A stretch of 62,697 bases of DNA, filler included, from Choristocarpus tenellus KU-1152 (taxonomy: Eukaryota > Protista > Phaeophyceae), in the NCBI GenBank assembly GCA_964200185.2. It is 13 parts of 13 records of this genome, joined end to end, with 100 filler letters (N's around TTAATTAATTAA, not from the genome) between each part and the next. Parts side by side here need not be neighbours in the genome. Positions count along the whole stretch, not along the records: positions 10,518 to 13,962 come from CAXNAD020019980.1; positions 14,063 to 25,270 come from CAXNAD020002449.1; 11 more parts are not named here. The stretch is one strand, 5' to 3'. This document shows, piece after piece, positions 11,136-23,650 of the stretch. Each line of letters starts with the position of its first letter. Position 1 is the stretch's first letter. The notes under the pieces are model-generated. The model saw only the letters and a program-made list of their open reading frames with translations, did no database searches and was not told the origin of the DNA. The position numbers and the translations under genes were made by a program.

Positions 11136-11734
11136 TGCTTGGACGAATCGCCCAACTAACATGTACAACTACAAATCATGCCCAAAAGGCCGCAAAATGA
11201 CAGAGGCTGATGGCACACCATCACCTTATCAATGGATATGGTATGCTCGACCTTAACTCTCCTCGTTTTTGGTGTTAAAGAGACCGTATCACAGGCACAT
11301 CAGTACTCGTGTGTGCTAGAGGTGGATATATTCATTACATCGTGTCTCCTTTCATGAAATATACTCGAGTATTTGTTGAGGGTGAAATTATGAACTTCGA
11401 CATATAACAAAGATTAAAGTTCACCACTGCTGAGGGCTGGAGACTTCAGGTGAGACACATTTGTTCTTTGTTTTTTTGAGTGTAATGATTCACTGGACAA
11501 TGTTGTAATGATCGTATGGTGATCACCTAGTAATATCGCATTGACAGTGTATGGCACTCTCTTAAGCAACGTAAAAAAACACAAACGGTAGTCAATAGTT
11601 GTTTATTGTTAAATCATAGGGTACTCTGCTCCCTCTGCAATTCCTAGATATTCAGTTAGTAGTACCAACAACTAGTGTCGGCAGCTGGTCTGTCTAACCA
11701 TATGGGTTCTTCAGTGCGCAAGTATTTTAATACT

Positions 11735-12270
11735 ATTTATGCCTTTGACATTTTCCAGATGTGTCTGGGGAAAAACCAACGAAAACTATTTATATGTCAG
11801 AAAAATCCCAAAAAAAGGAACACTTGTCGTAAAATGTGAAAGACATTGGTCAATTTACAATTTTTCTATATCAGCTATGCTGTATCACAGCCTTTCTGTG
11901 CCTCCAACCTAGCTTAGTCCTGCACCCGAGGGCGAGGAGATAGGGAAGCCGCCTAAGAACCTAACTAGCCCTCCTTGCCGATATCCCTGGTGTCTCCAGC
12001 ATAAAACGCATGACAAGTCGAGATAGTGCTACTTGCGTTGTGATTGACACTATTTGTCGCAAATGGGATTTGACCGCCCCTTTTCGGCTGTAGGCTCCTG
12101 TCCCTCTCCCCTCTATCGCGTGCGTAGCTAGCTTAACCAGGAAACTTTCAGCTTGCTTACCGAGGCGCCCAAAACTTTCCACTGCGAAGTTGTTGAGGTT
12201 ATATCTCCAGGGTCAATAGATCTCTCATATTCGGTTCGATTTTGTGCCTCAGCTGCAGCAGCAGCTACTA
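11735..12270 (-). mobile_element. CRE-like (RLE endonuclease) non-LTR retroposon, 5'-truncated 3' end
   Basis: AAAAAEAQNRTEY...VESFGRLGKQAESFL is the C-terminal restriction-like endonuclease signature; the 3' UTR ends in CATCTGGAAAATGTCAAAGGCATAAATA. Confidence 0.8.
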
Positions 12271-12274
12271 GTAT

Positions 12275-13023
12275 CGGGGATAGGTTCGCCAACACACACC
12301 GATGGTGAAGCGTCTGGGGCATCTATGCAATGGAATGGGTATCCCTTGCACTATGAACGACAGTAGCCCATTTACTGTATAGACAGGATTTTCCGAGTGG
12401 ATCTGGTCTTCCATGCTGGTGCACTTGCGGACGCCGGATCAGCTCCCTACAGAGGCAAAGGCCTCCTCCTGAACGTTACGTCTGCTGAAGCGCAGGCAGC
12501 ATCTCACCTGCCACACTCATCCACCAGCAATGGTGTAGCTGCTGCTGCAGCTGAGGCACGAAAGCGCAACCACTATGAGGGGTCTTTAGATCCTCGTAGT
12601 TGTAACCTCAACACCTTCACGGTGGAAAGTTTTGGGCGGCTCGGTAAGCAAGTGGAACGTTTCCTGTATGAGCTAACTAGGCACGCGGTGGGTGAGAGAG
12701 AGGAACAGGAGGCTACAACAGAGAAGGGGCGGTCAAATATCCCATCTACGACAAACACTCTGTTACAACACAGGTGGCCCTGTCTAGACGTGTCATGCGT
12801 ATTAAGCTGGAGACACCAGGGAGATGGGCAAGGAGGGGCTTGTTAGATTCTTGGGATACTTCCCTAACTCCTCACCCTCGGGTGCAGGACTAAGCTAGGT
12901 TTGGAGGCAGAGCAAGGAAGTGGTACAGCATAGCTGGTTGTAGAACAGTAAATAGACTGTTTTTCACGTTTATGACAACTGTTACTTTTTTGTTTTTTTC
13001 TGACATGTTAATAGTTTTCATTG
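12275..13023 (+). mobile_element. CRE-like (RLE) non-LTR retroposon, 5'-truncated copy with RLE domain and 3' UTR
   Basis: R.DLVFHAGALADAG..KGLLLNVT..EAQA..AAAAAEARKRNHY..FTVESFGRLG fits the RxD..D..K..Y..E..G RLE pattern; UTR homologous to 11735-11960. Confidence 0.85.
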
Positions 13024-13073
13024 TATGTATATTGATCTGAGCGTGATATATGATCACAACTTACAGTTCCACT

Positions 13074-13251
13074 GGCTCATAGTATCTGGGGGGTGGGGGG
13101 TCCACACCAGGGTGTCCATTTGGGCCCTGACCAGGAGAAGTCCACTTACATTATCCATCCGATGCATGCAACCAAATCACACAATAATAGCGACATGAAA
13201 AAATGGACCCCAAATGGACAGCCGCTACCCCCCCCCCAGATACTTTGAGTC
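13074..13251. mobile_element. MITE family B, full length (178 bp), 3-bp TSD ACT
   Basis: TIRs GGCTCATAGTATCTGGGG / CCCCAGATACTTTGAGTC; ACT on both flanks. Confidence 0.9.
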
Positions 13252-13293
13252 ACTCTGCATAGTCATACAGTGTTGGCAGTCGCCTCTAGGATG

Positions 13294-13610
13294 TGACCAG
13301 TCTTGATTTTTTTTTGAAGGGTTGGCCAACGAGTTAACAATGATAAGCATATCAAATAAAAGCTCTAGGTCGAAGCTATCACTGGTGGAAAGGAATTGTT
13401 TCGAATTTTTTTTGGTAAGGTTAAATTTTATCCGAATGGTTTCGGCACAACCTTGGAAATGTTCCGGAATTAATTATCACGACCAAACATATTTTTATAC
13501 GAAAAATTCCTTTGCACAAGTGATAGCTTAGATCCAGAGCTTTCATTTGATATGTTGATCCTCGATTAACTCGTTGGCCAACCTTTTCAAAGAAATCAAG
13601 ATTGGTAACC
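13294..13610. mobile_element. Foldback/MITE with about 110-120-bp imperfect terminal inverted repeats
   Basis: ACCAGTCTTGATTT..GGTTGGCCAACGAGTTAA..CATATCAAAT.AAAGCTCT..AAGCTATCACT.GTG.AAAGGAATT is mirrored at 13500-13610. Confidence 0.85.
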
Positions 13611-14287
13611 GCCAAAACGGTACGTGGGTGAACCTCGACTTAATACTGTTTAAGCCACTCACAGGACACTATGACGCACAATGAGCTTCGAGTTGTGGCC
13701 TGCCCCTCACAGGACATTCTGATGCCCAATGAACTCCATGTTGTCACCTTACAACGTAAACGTTGTGGTGCGGTCACTCCCTGATGGATTTGAGTTTGTC
13801 CGGTGCCGCTGGGTTAGCAGGGGCAAGGTATATCGGCTGAGGATTTCCGTTCGTTCACAAGGTGAGAAGGGGGAGGTCGTGGAGTGCTGCATGGAGTGCA
13901 CCAAATTGGACGGGGTATACAAGACCCTTAAGTCTCACAGGAGGCCTGCACCTTCAGAATACNNNNNNNNNNNNNNNNNNNNNNNNNNNNNNNNNNNNNN
14001 NNNNNNTTAATTAATTAANNNNNNNNNNNNNNNNNNNNNNNNNNNNNNNNNNNNNNNNNNNNCTCACAAACACCCCCCCCCCCAAGATACTTTGAGTCCC
14101 TTTTCTCCTCATTTCCCCACGGAGCACAGACCCCATGGACTTTCAGGCATGCACCCCTCCTGTTCCTTTTCTCCTGGTGGTGCTCGAGCACAAGGGTTAC
14201 TACCTGGCGTAGTTTCCCCTCTTCTTTGCCCTCGGTGCATGCCCCCCACTGTTACCCCACACATAGCATTGTGCCCGCATGCCTAGG

Positions 14288-14458
14288 CTGGAAGGACACA
14301 CCATCTTTGTGCAAGAGAATAGGACAAAGTCACACACCAAGCGGGGGATCATGGAGCCGATCGAGGGGACGGCGGAGGATGACATTGTCATAGAGACCAA
14401 GCCAGCCAACTCAACTGACTTCGACCTCAACGAGCTGGGGTTGTTTCATTCCATTTAG
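14288..14458 (+). mobile_element. Tc1/mariner transposase remnant (region of second and third catalytic residues)
   Basis: TIFVQENRTKSHT...IVIETKPANSTDFDLNELGLFHSI* resembles QQDNA.PH...QPPNSPDLN.LDLG.F.SIQ of plant/stramenopile mariner-like elements. Confidence 0.7.
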
Positions 14459-14814
14459 TAACTGAAGTTCCCAATCTTGGGAGTACTCCTGAAGAAGGAT
14501 CACCAGTTTTACTGAAGTGCCCAAAATTATAAGGACACCCAACTCATACTACTACTACTACTACTACTATAATACACTTTATTTTGTTCGTATTTCATAC
14601 TTTAATTTTCAGTGTTAGTATTTAGTGTTAGTGTTAGGGGATTGACTATTAGGGATATTATACGGCTACAGTTGGACAATCGTAAGATTGTAAGGACTTG
14701 CAGGAAACGTAGGGAACTGAGGAAGTGAGGAGGATCACGATTCGGATGTTCTTCGAGGATGGGAGATCCGCCTTCAGAAAAATGTACAAATAAATAAACT
14801 TTAGGGCTTATAGT

Positions 14815-14885
14815 GACATATGTATAGTTTTCATTTGTTTTCCCCCTGAAACATCTGGAAAACATCAGAGGGCAAAATAATAATA
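14815..14885 (+). mobile_element. Short 3'-terminal fragment of the CRE-like retroposon with (TAA)n tail
   Basis: ATAGTTTTCATTTGTTTTCCCCCTGAAACATCTGGAAAACATCAGAGGGCAAAATAATAATA; other stubs at about 37078-37116 (-) and about 48910-48945 (+). Confidence 0.7.
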
Positions 14886-16899
14886 TGGGAAGACATCATG
14901 GAAATGTATCCCTCCAAAGATCCTACGCACACTTGAAACGGAAGTCCTCATAAAACGACCTCAATCGGTATGACTTTGTTTTGCATACAGCGATTAACGC
15001 TATAACAACAAAGTGCTTTCCACAAAATACCCCTAAAAACTCGGGAACTTGGGTGGCCGGTGAACGTTCAAAATTAATGTTTTTCTAGAGAACAGACGTT
15101 CTATAACCCAATGTAGAATCAAAATTTCGAGGAATATTCTGTTAGTCTCCCGAGTAATGTTAGCATATTTATCTATTCTGTCATAGCATTAATGTTGTCA
15201 ACCCCAACTCTGGTCAACACTCGTTCGTTTCGTAGGATCACTGACAGAGATCACAGCAAATAATCCGATCATTCAATATGTTGTTGATGTTTCGAGCACA
15301 ATGACCCCACAACACATGAGCCACACAACCTAATATAAAAATACGGTCTCGCCAAGTAAATATGCTGGAGGAAGAGGTAGTAGAAAAGGGAGAGCTTCAC
15401 TTTTTAGGGAACTGGGAGGAGAAGGTCACTCCAAAAAGACATGATGAGAAAATCAAGGTGTTGCAGAAGGTGCAACTACCTCTATTAACTTGTTTCCCAG
15501 GCTCTACTGTGGCATTAACGACACAAGTTGTTGGGTGAAGGTAAAACTTATTAAAAAGCCCCTCCTGACGCTTCGTGTGTTGCAACATGGCATCAGTGCA
15601 AGATAGGCGGAACGTCTGATACGTATTTGTGGCTCAACAGACACCTAGCCAAGGAGGTAGTCCGGTGCTACAAGGAAATATATGGAGGCACTGAGACACA
15701 AACAGGATGAGTCGCGGGTACCTGTGGTTGCCTTCTAGAAGATGGTTGACTGGGCAAATAGTTGCTTTGTTGTGTATTGTTTTTCAACGATCCAATACTA
15801 GTAGTGTGCAACTGTATTGCTATATCATACAGAAAAATTGTACATCTATACTTCAGTGATACCTATATTGCATCATCTGGTGCTGTTCGTCCATGTGTTT
15901 GACATATGGAAAATATTTTTGGTGAAGACAACCACGTGACATGCTTCAGTTGTTATTGGTCAAAATTGAGTATCAGATGGTACACACCTTTCAGTTTCTG
16001 CACGTTCCTGATTGCTTATCTATATATGTTGAGTCCCTTTCTTCTTCCTTGTGTTGTAGAAAAAACAAAATGTTGGAGTATTCTAATTTTTTCAAGGATG
16101 GTAATGATGGGTGGACTGAGTGAGACATGGTAATAAACATTTTTCTTTCCCCCTCCTTTGGGGTTTGTTTTTGTGAGTAAGATCTGGGGATGTTCTTGTA
16201 CCAAGGTAGATGGCCTCCCCCTCGTTTTCTTTTATTGCAGTGTGTTTCTTTGTTTTTTATTTCTTATTTATATTCCCTTCTCTCTTCTCTTGTTAATCTC
16301 GTTGTGCGTTGTATTATGCTCCCCTCTGCATCCCTCAGATCGATCTGAAGGAAGTAAGTAAGAAGTAACAACAACACGCTTCCTGCCTGATTTTCTTGCA
16401 AACAAATGTCATGGATCTTATGGGTATCAAAAGTCTTATCCTTGCTTCAAACTGTGTTCGCAACATTTCGAATCCTAAAAATCTAACAGATGCAAAATAT
16501 CATCATTAGGCTGCTTTCGTCCTCATCACTGTTCAAAATTGTACAAGAGGTAAAAACTTGCAACAGCATAACTGACGATTTTGCAGATAGATGTAAGAAA
16601 ATTCCCTTGTAACTGACACCTGACATTGCTCACAGTAGCATATAATATTTTCCAGCGATCACATTATTCTGAGAGGACCCAACGCGTGGGTAAAGGTAGT
16701 CAGACCAGAGGGAGAAACACAATACTTGAAGTTTGAAGAAGTGCAAAACAATACAGAAATGCAGTTCAATAGCTGAAGAAGAAAAGGGATATATATACTC
16801 ATATGGAGTATGTACATTCAATTTGACTCGAGAGGAGTAGCCAAGACCCAGGCAATTTCTTATTCACTACCCCTAAATGTCTACGATAGAACTTCATGG

Positions 16900-17165
16900 G
16901 AGTGAAAACATTTTAGAGGGCAGGGCCGCATCCGTTCGGGGTCATAGATCCAAAGTTGCCATATTGATGAATTTTGCCTAATCTATATCGTGTTTGTTAA
17001 CAAGTGTCAAACTCCTTGCCCTGGGCACACCTTTCATAGTTGTATACATTCTAGGTAACTGTGTTGATACAGGCAAATGAAAAAAAAGGAATAAAAACCC
17101 GTGGGAAGCCAAGCCCCAAATGGACAAACGGGGCAAAACTCCTACCCTTTTAAATCGTTTGGGTC
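16900..17165. mobile_element. MITE family A, diverged copy, TSD TGG
   Basis: Homologous along its length to the other family A copies; degenerate TIRs. Confidence 0.8.
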
Positions 17166-17383
17166 TGGACATGACCAACATTTTGCCAATATCTTATGGA
17201 AAAATAAAAAAACGGAGTCACATACAATCTTTACATCTGAAGCACCACTCGTCACACATCACAAAACCAAGACTAAAAAAATTACGAACCCGAGAAAGAA
17301 GACTAAGGAAATAAGCAACATTCAACATTGAGCAGGCAGTAGAAACCTATGGAGTGGTATGCACCCTAATCTGCTTGAGTTAC

Positions 17384-17643
17384 GAGTGAAAGTACATGTT
17401 AGAGGGTATGAGTTTTTCCCTGTTTGTCCATTTGGGGCTTGGCTTCCTACGGGTTTTTAATGACATTTTATCTGCTCCAAAATGTTCGGAGCAGGTAAAA
17501 TGCATACATTATGAAAAGGTGTATCCGAAACAAGGATACCGACATCTCCAAACAAACATCATAGCCAAAATTACATCAAAATTGCAACATTGGATTTTGA
17601 CCCCCAAATGGACGCGGCTATACCCTCCTAGATACTTTGACTC
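17384..17643. mobile_element. MITE family A, TSD TTAC (4 bp)
   Basis: GAGTGAAAGTA..TTAGAGGGTA / TACCCTCCTAGATACTTTGACTC. Confidence 0.9.
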
Positions 17644-18214
17644 TTACCATAGCTGCTGCTTTAGCATGTTACGAACACTAGCAAATACAGCTTCTCAGGC
17701 ATATCAGTGGTACACATTCGTGCTACCACTAAGCTGATTTCCTGCCCTTGTGTGTATACCACCCCTCAACCGCGATTCCAAATATATTAAAACTGACTTG
17801 AAAACACTTTCACCAGTGTTTCTCTTGTCCGCCCAGCTTCATATTTTCATCTGGAAGTTACCTGCACATTACCGGGTTTGGTGGCATCTGATCCTCCGCC
17901 CTGTAGCCGACCCTGCCAACAGCAGCCCCTGTTTTGCACAGTTGGCTTAACCAAGGGATACGGTAACATCCATTATTTTGAAGGGTTCGTTTTGAAACGG
18001 CAGGATGTGATATCATCTGTGCGTTCACGTTTTCGAAAACTCAATGCAGTTTAGTAGGAACTGTACTGGTGGGGAATGAGCTTGACATAGTGAAGAAACC
18101 TAATGGGTGTGTCTGTCACACGATTTTTGAGAGGAAATTGTGTTTTTTCCGATGCATGACTTACGTTTGGGAGCAATTTGACCAAAGAGGCGCATTAGTA
18201 TCAATGTTGGGATG

Positions 18215-18471
18215 GAGCCAAAGTATCTTAGAGGGTAGAGTCGCATCCAATCGGGGGCCAAAATCCAATGTTCCGATTTTGATGTATTTTTGGCTATCGT
18301 GTTTGTTAGGAAGTGTCAATATCCTTGTTCAGACACACCTTTTCATAACGTAAACATTTTACCTACTCGAAACAGTTTGGAGTAGGAAAATGTAAAAAAA
18401 ACAAACATGGGAAGCCAAGTCCCAAACGGACAAATAGGGCAAAACTCGTACCCTCTAAGATACTCTCACTC
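18215..18471. mobile_element. MITE family A
   Basis: GAGCCAAAGTATCTTAGAGGGTA / TACCCTCTAAGATACTCTCACTC; flanks ATG/ACG. Confidence 0.9.
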
Positions 18472-18885
18472 ACGGTCAGATTTTGTTGTTAAACACTAGG
18501 TGCACCCTCATGCAAACAAGACGGCGGTCAGGCTGGCATGAATGTAGCAGCACCGATGTCACACGTCCACTGGTACCTCTCTAATTAATTGGAGAATATA
18601 AAAAGGTAAAAGAAAGCAAAAAGATCACACAAAGAAGAGAACAGAGAGAAATATAAACACATATCCATGCGACCATGACAAGAAACAGACGGAAGCCAAG
18701 GAGGTGTGTCCCTAACAAGTCCTGTCCATCAAACCATTCGTCGATGAGCTTCTTGACTCCTGTTGCTAGACAACTTACACTATCTGAGGAAATTCCTCTT
18801 CAGCTTCATGCAGACTGATGGTATGAAGGTAGCTAATTATTCTCCTGTGTTAGCTTGTTGTCACTTGTTGTTTCGGGACATAGAA

Positions 18886-19062
18886 GGCTCAAAGTATCTG
18901 GGCGGGGTGGCTACTGTCCATTCAGGGCCCATTTTTCCATGTTGTGATTTTGGGTGATTTAGTTGCAAGTGTTGGATAGATAGTGTAAGTACACTTCTCC
19001 TGGTCAGGCCCCAAATGGACATCTGGTGTAGAATCCCCCTCCCTCCCCAGATACTTCTAGCC
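18886..19062. mobile_element. MITE family B, TSD AGAA (4 bp)
   Basis: GGCTCAAAGTATCTGGG / CCCCAGATACTTCTAGCC; inverted relative to 13074-13251. Confidence 0.9.
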
Positions 19063-20400
19063 AGAAGTTCATCACGACCAGGTCGTCAGTTGTAAGGTGT
19101 GCCAATGCGGTCCTGATGGGTCTATCAGACAGTGTGTCCTGTTGGTTGAGCATTATCCCACCTCAGTTTCGTTTTGCTTCTAGTGATTGGGTGCAAATCG
19201 ACACAGAAGAAGTTCGTTATAATGTGCTGCGTCAACTTCAAAGCAGAATGCACCTATTACTTTTTGAAAATGTGCTGATTGTGTCGACAAGTGAGGATAT
19301 AGTCAGTGAGATGATTCCAGTCCTGCTAGTGGGGTGGGGCTCACGTAGGTTTGATACCCTATACCTTTGGTGAGTTGAAAATGTTTGTTTGATGACTGGA
19401 GTTTATTAAACTCTGCAAACCACACCAAGCGCACACCAGTAATGTTCGGTATGCCGTGGCCGTAGGTTCCAAGGAGCAAGCTTCCCCTTATTAATCGATG
19501 GTGAGTTTCTCCCTAGATGGAGTCTGCTCCACCATTTTGTGCAGGGCCAACTTATCCTTTTCTCCATTTTCTCTCTCCTTTCCCTTATATTTGGTTTGGG
19601 TGTACCCTACACCGAATTACTTTTTTTGATGCGCCTGTTTCCAGGATTCAAACCTATTATGATGCATATTTCAGTCAGTACCTGATGAATTATGCGTTCA
19701 GGGTTTCTTGACTATCAATCGACTTGTTCACTTTCAGTGCGAGAAAATGTCCCCGTAATCTATCCTTTGTCTCTTGTGAACGTAATGTAGAACGTATCCA
19801 ACGGCTCTCGAATCGACTGATACATTGTTTGAGCAACACACACAGGTATGCTGTTTGGCACAATAATAATTGAGTGTTTGGTGTTGTCACAGAAAGAGTG
19901 AGTAAACGAGAGGGGGGAAAGAACACTTGACAAAAGAACAACAGATGTAAAAAAGAAGAATCATACCCACAAACGCATGAAAGGAAGGAGAAGGAAAATA
20001 AAATCAACGTAAGTAACCATAGGTAAAAGGAAGAATAAGTCACATTTTACAAAGACAGCAGAACAGATGTTACCTCCTCTATCTATTGTCAAGAGTGACA
20101 GTTAGCCTAACCAGAAACATGTTAAACATCGAGATACCACTGTTTGACAGAAATCAGAGATTGTGAACATTCCCAGCATAAATCCATGGACCATCTCCAC
20201 CTTAATCGCGTATTCCTCCAACATGTCATCTCAATCTTTGCTTTTCCCCTTTCGCCCAGCTCAAAATCACGTCTTTCTCAATCCTCTCACCTTACGGAGT
20301 CAGGAAAGCGGTTGGAGGGGATTCGATCCCACGACCCCCCTTTTTGTAGACGTGCATTGGACATAGATAAATATGGCGACTGTGTCAATGTACCACCTGA

Positions 20401-20663
20401 GATCCAAAGCATTCAAGAGGGTAGACCCAACGTCCGTTTGGGATCGTAAATCCAATGTTTTGCGATTTTTGATAAATTTTGCTATCGTGTTGTTGCTAAG
20501 TGTCAACACCCTCCTTGCTGCCGACACACCTTTCATAATCGTACACATTTTAGGTAACTGTACTCACACAGAAAAACGAAAAAAAGGTGTAAGAAATCCG
20601 TGGGAAGCCAAGCCCCGAACAGACAAACAGGGAAAACCTCCTACCCTCTTAAATGCTCGACTC
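20401..20663. mobile_element. MITE family A, diverged, TSD TGA
   Basis: Internal homology to family A; degenerate TIRs. Confidence 0.8.
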
Positions 20664-21099
20664 TGACACAGTGGCAATATCTGACTTAATCATACCATTA
20701 TATGAGGTACTACTATGTCTTGTACGGAGCATTACATGAACGCACATGATGAAATTATCACAGGTGTTACATGCTTGTGTTAGCACACAGACAGCAAGAA
20801 AAACACTAGTCACTTCGACAAAACATATGTCCACTCACAGTAGTCACACACATCTGAAAAAAAAGGTCGAGTTTGGTACACCAACCAGCATAGTGTTGCC
20901 ACCACCAAATACCAAGGAAGGTAGAGATATTATAGGCCAAATACCATTCCTAGTCCACAGTACAGCAGGCAGTATTAAGTGTATTAAGATACTTTAGACA
21001 TTTTCGTGTGGTGAGGTTTGGCTTTATGAATCTCCTTAGCATGCCAGGTGTACATGAAGCGAATGAATCCATCCTCCATAGACCTTACCTATACCACCT

Positions 21100-22795
21100 G
21101 TTTGAGTCCCATGCAAGTTAACCCACTCTTTAACTAACATGTCAAATACTCAGTATCATATTGGAGGCGTCAACAGCTGTTTCTCTTTGGTCCTTTCAAT
21201 GACGAGGGCCTTTTGGTTTTCTCAGCTTCAAGTTCCCCAAGCATGAAGTTCTCCGGCAAGTCGGCATCATTCATGGGTGTTACAAAACCTGCAAACAGCA
21301 GCCTCCGTTTGCGTATAGTAGGCTTAATACTATTTTGCCCAGTTCTCACTAGTGCTTCTCCGTATGACCGAAGGTTATATGCAAGCTTTCATTTATTGAA
21401 CTTGATGCAGCGCTGGAGGAACTTGCAATGTTTATTATGGAGCTGTGTGTAGTGGTCCTTGAGTGTCTATCATGCGGTCCTACTACAGCATTACCTCGAG
21501 CACTTTAGCCTTGAGTATCCAAATATTTTGTTCGAGTAGTACACCAACTGTAACTGAGCCAAAGTAAACGAGAGGTACCCAGGTTTTGGTCGTTTTGCAT
21601 TTAAAGGCAGTTTTGCAATCTTTGGCAATTCGCCCATATTCCCATGGATGAAATGCCAAGTTTGACTTGAGGGCGTTTATTTCTCTATTGTTTAAACTCG
21701 TCCACATATTTAGAAAATTTCCTACACAAATCTGTAAAAAAAGTTGAATTTTGCACACATTTGTTACCATCGTTAAGAAAGCATCTCTAGGTACCTTTTG
21801 CTTACTTCGACTCACTATTGTACTTCACGAAGCGCCCACATGTCCCTTGGATACGCTAGTTAATCTCCTTATTATTAGCATAACTACTAGTTGGGTCTTC
21901 AAGATAGAAAAAAAGAGTCGCTCTACATATATATCGGTTTAGCATACATCTGTATTCTGTCTGCTGGCTCACGAAGCGCACAGAGAAACACCTTCTTTTT
22001 CTTCTCCGACACAGTAAGTCCAAGTGTTTCACTCACTGCAATGATCACGGTCATCATCTTGGCCGAGCTCTCTTGGGCCGTTAACACTATGCCTGGTTTG
22101 TCGGCATAGAGCATGCTCCACAGAGTAGTAACTACCAAGTTGTTTCCTTCCTCTTTCCCCCTTCCCCCATTACTTCGAATTCCTTGTCTGCTCTCCTGAT
22201 GAGGAGAGACGTATTTTTTTTCAGGAACATCTCCTCTGTTACTGATCTCTCAACCCCCACGGTAGGCACTGAGGTAGGAATTAGGTTAGACAGCTTTGGT
22301 GTAAGGGCAGACTTTTGGCAAAGACCTTGTTCAATACTTGAACAATTGCGGCGTCGACTCCCTGGCACCAAGGTTCAAAGGAGTTTGCAGTAGACTGAGT
22401 CATATGCCTTCTGTAAATCAACAATGCAAATACACAATTGGGCGTTTTCTGACCTGAGCTCCAGAAAGCCATGCACCACAAACATCATGTCAATGGTCGA
22501 CTCCCGAGTTTGAAAACCATATTTCCTCCTCAATTATATGCCCTCCCACTTGATGTGGACTCCCAGGGCTAGTGCACCGACTTTCAGGAGTACTTTTACC
22601 AGTGTGTGATATCAACAAAATACCTCTGTTTTTGCCACACTCATTACAGTCGTTCTTCTTTCGAAGAGTTATTCATGACGTCTTTCCATCCCTGTTGCGT
22701 CTTCTCTGACCGCCACACAGGAAGTATGATGTTTTAGAAAACCTGCACCAAAAAGGTGGTCTTCATCAAGTCCCAGCATCAGGAGCATCCTAGAC
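21100..22795 (-). mobile_element. Decayed RTE-clade LINE (RT and C-terminal region), interrupted by a MITE
   Basis: Frameshifted motifs WKD..KKNDCNECGKNRGILLISHTGK, GF...STIDMMFVV, VDLQKAYDSV, MLYADK(D)..KMMTVI..GLTVSEKK and TIRKRRLLFAGFV. Confidence 0.9.
21556..21813. mobile_element. MITE family C (258 bp), TSD ACT, nested in the RTE LINE
   Basis: TIRs GAGCCAAAGTAAACGAGAGGTACC / GGTACCTTTTGCTTACTTCGACTC; interior unrelated to families A and B. Confidence 0.85.
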
Positions 22796-23049
22796 TGTGA
22801 AATACAAAAGAGCTTAGTGGTCTCTGTTATTCTGTTTTTTTATTTACATACTGATGTCCCCACAGCCTCCAATCCAAAAAGAAAATATCCATCCGTAGAT
22901 ATTCTCTTCTACTTTTCACGAAACTTCTGGCAAGGGGGGTGTACCTGAATTTGGGTTTTGGAAATAAGAAGGTTAGGCTCAACACTTGTACACATCTAAA
23001 CAAGAAAATGACCAAAACTAACTCCCTCTACTTTGATAATTTCGCTAAG

Positions 23050-23650
23050 CACGTATGATGCCCTTCACCTTCCTATCGTAGGGTAATCAGGAAGTGGACA
23101 TGAATGTGGGAAATGGTTCGAGGGAGTGTTGTGGTAAGGCGGGTTGAAGGTTGACTTATCTGGCATTTGATTAAGATTGTATAGAATGTGTTATACATAG
23201 AAGGAAAATAGATCTTGGTTCTCTCGGCAATCCGACCGTCTCATCCTGAATGGATGGAGAGTCGTTATTGAGGTGTTGGTGAAAACCAGTTGTGATCCTG
23301 TCGTCGGATTCTCGTTCTTCCACATCTCAGTGACTTAGGCTACAAAAAATGTGCTGCAATCAGCGTATAGATGGTTTTACCCCCTTTTTCATAGGGGTTG
23401 TTAGCCACCTTCAACACCTTCTTAAAAATGCCTTATTTTGGATTGGATGTGGTTGAATCCGAATTCCTCCTATTAATAGATTGTCAACCTCCAGAATCGT
23501 GCCTCGAATCCCATCACGTCCTCCAGACCGTTCGTTTGTGTGTTGAAGGCGGAATTAATTGTGTTCTTGAGTAATGTATCCTTTCCCATCAATGACGCTA
23601 GAGGTCGTTCGTCGTGAGAATAGTAGTGTATCATCTCTTCTTCAATTTTG
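23050..23650 (-). mobile_element. Possible highly decayed Gypsy integrase remnant
   Basis: Weak, frameshifted resemblance to integrase zinc-binding/core segments (G..HLYA....F; PF....). Confidence 0.25.

Noticed and set aside
20305-20345. tRNA gene on the minus strand (GGGATCGAATCCC T-arm-like motif)
   Set aside because: Isolated B-box-like motif; at most a decayed SINE head
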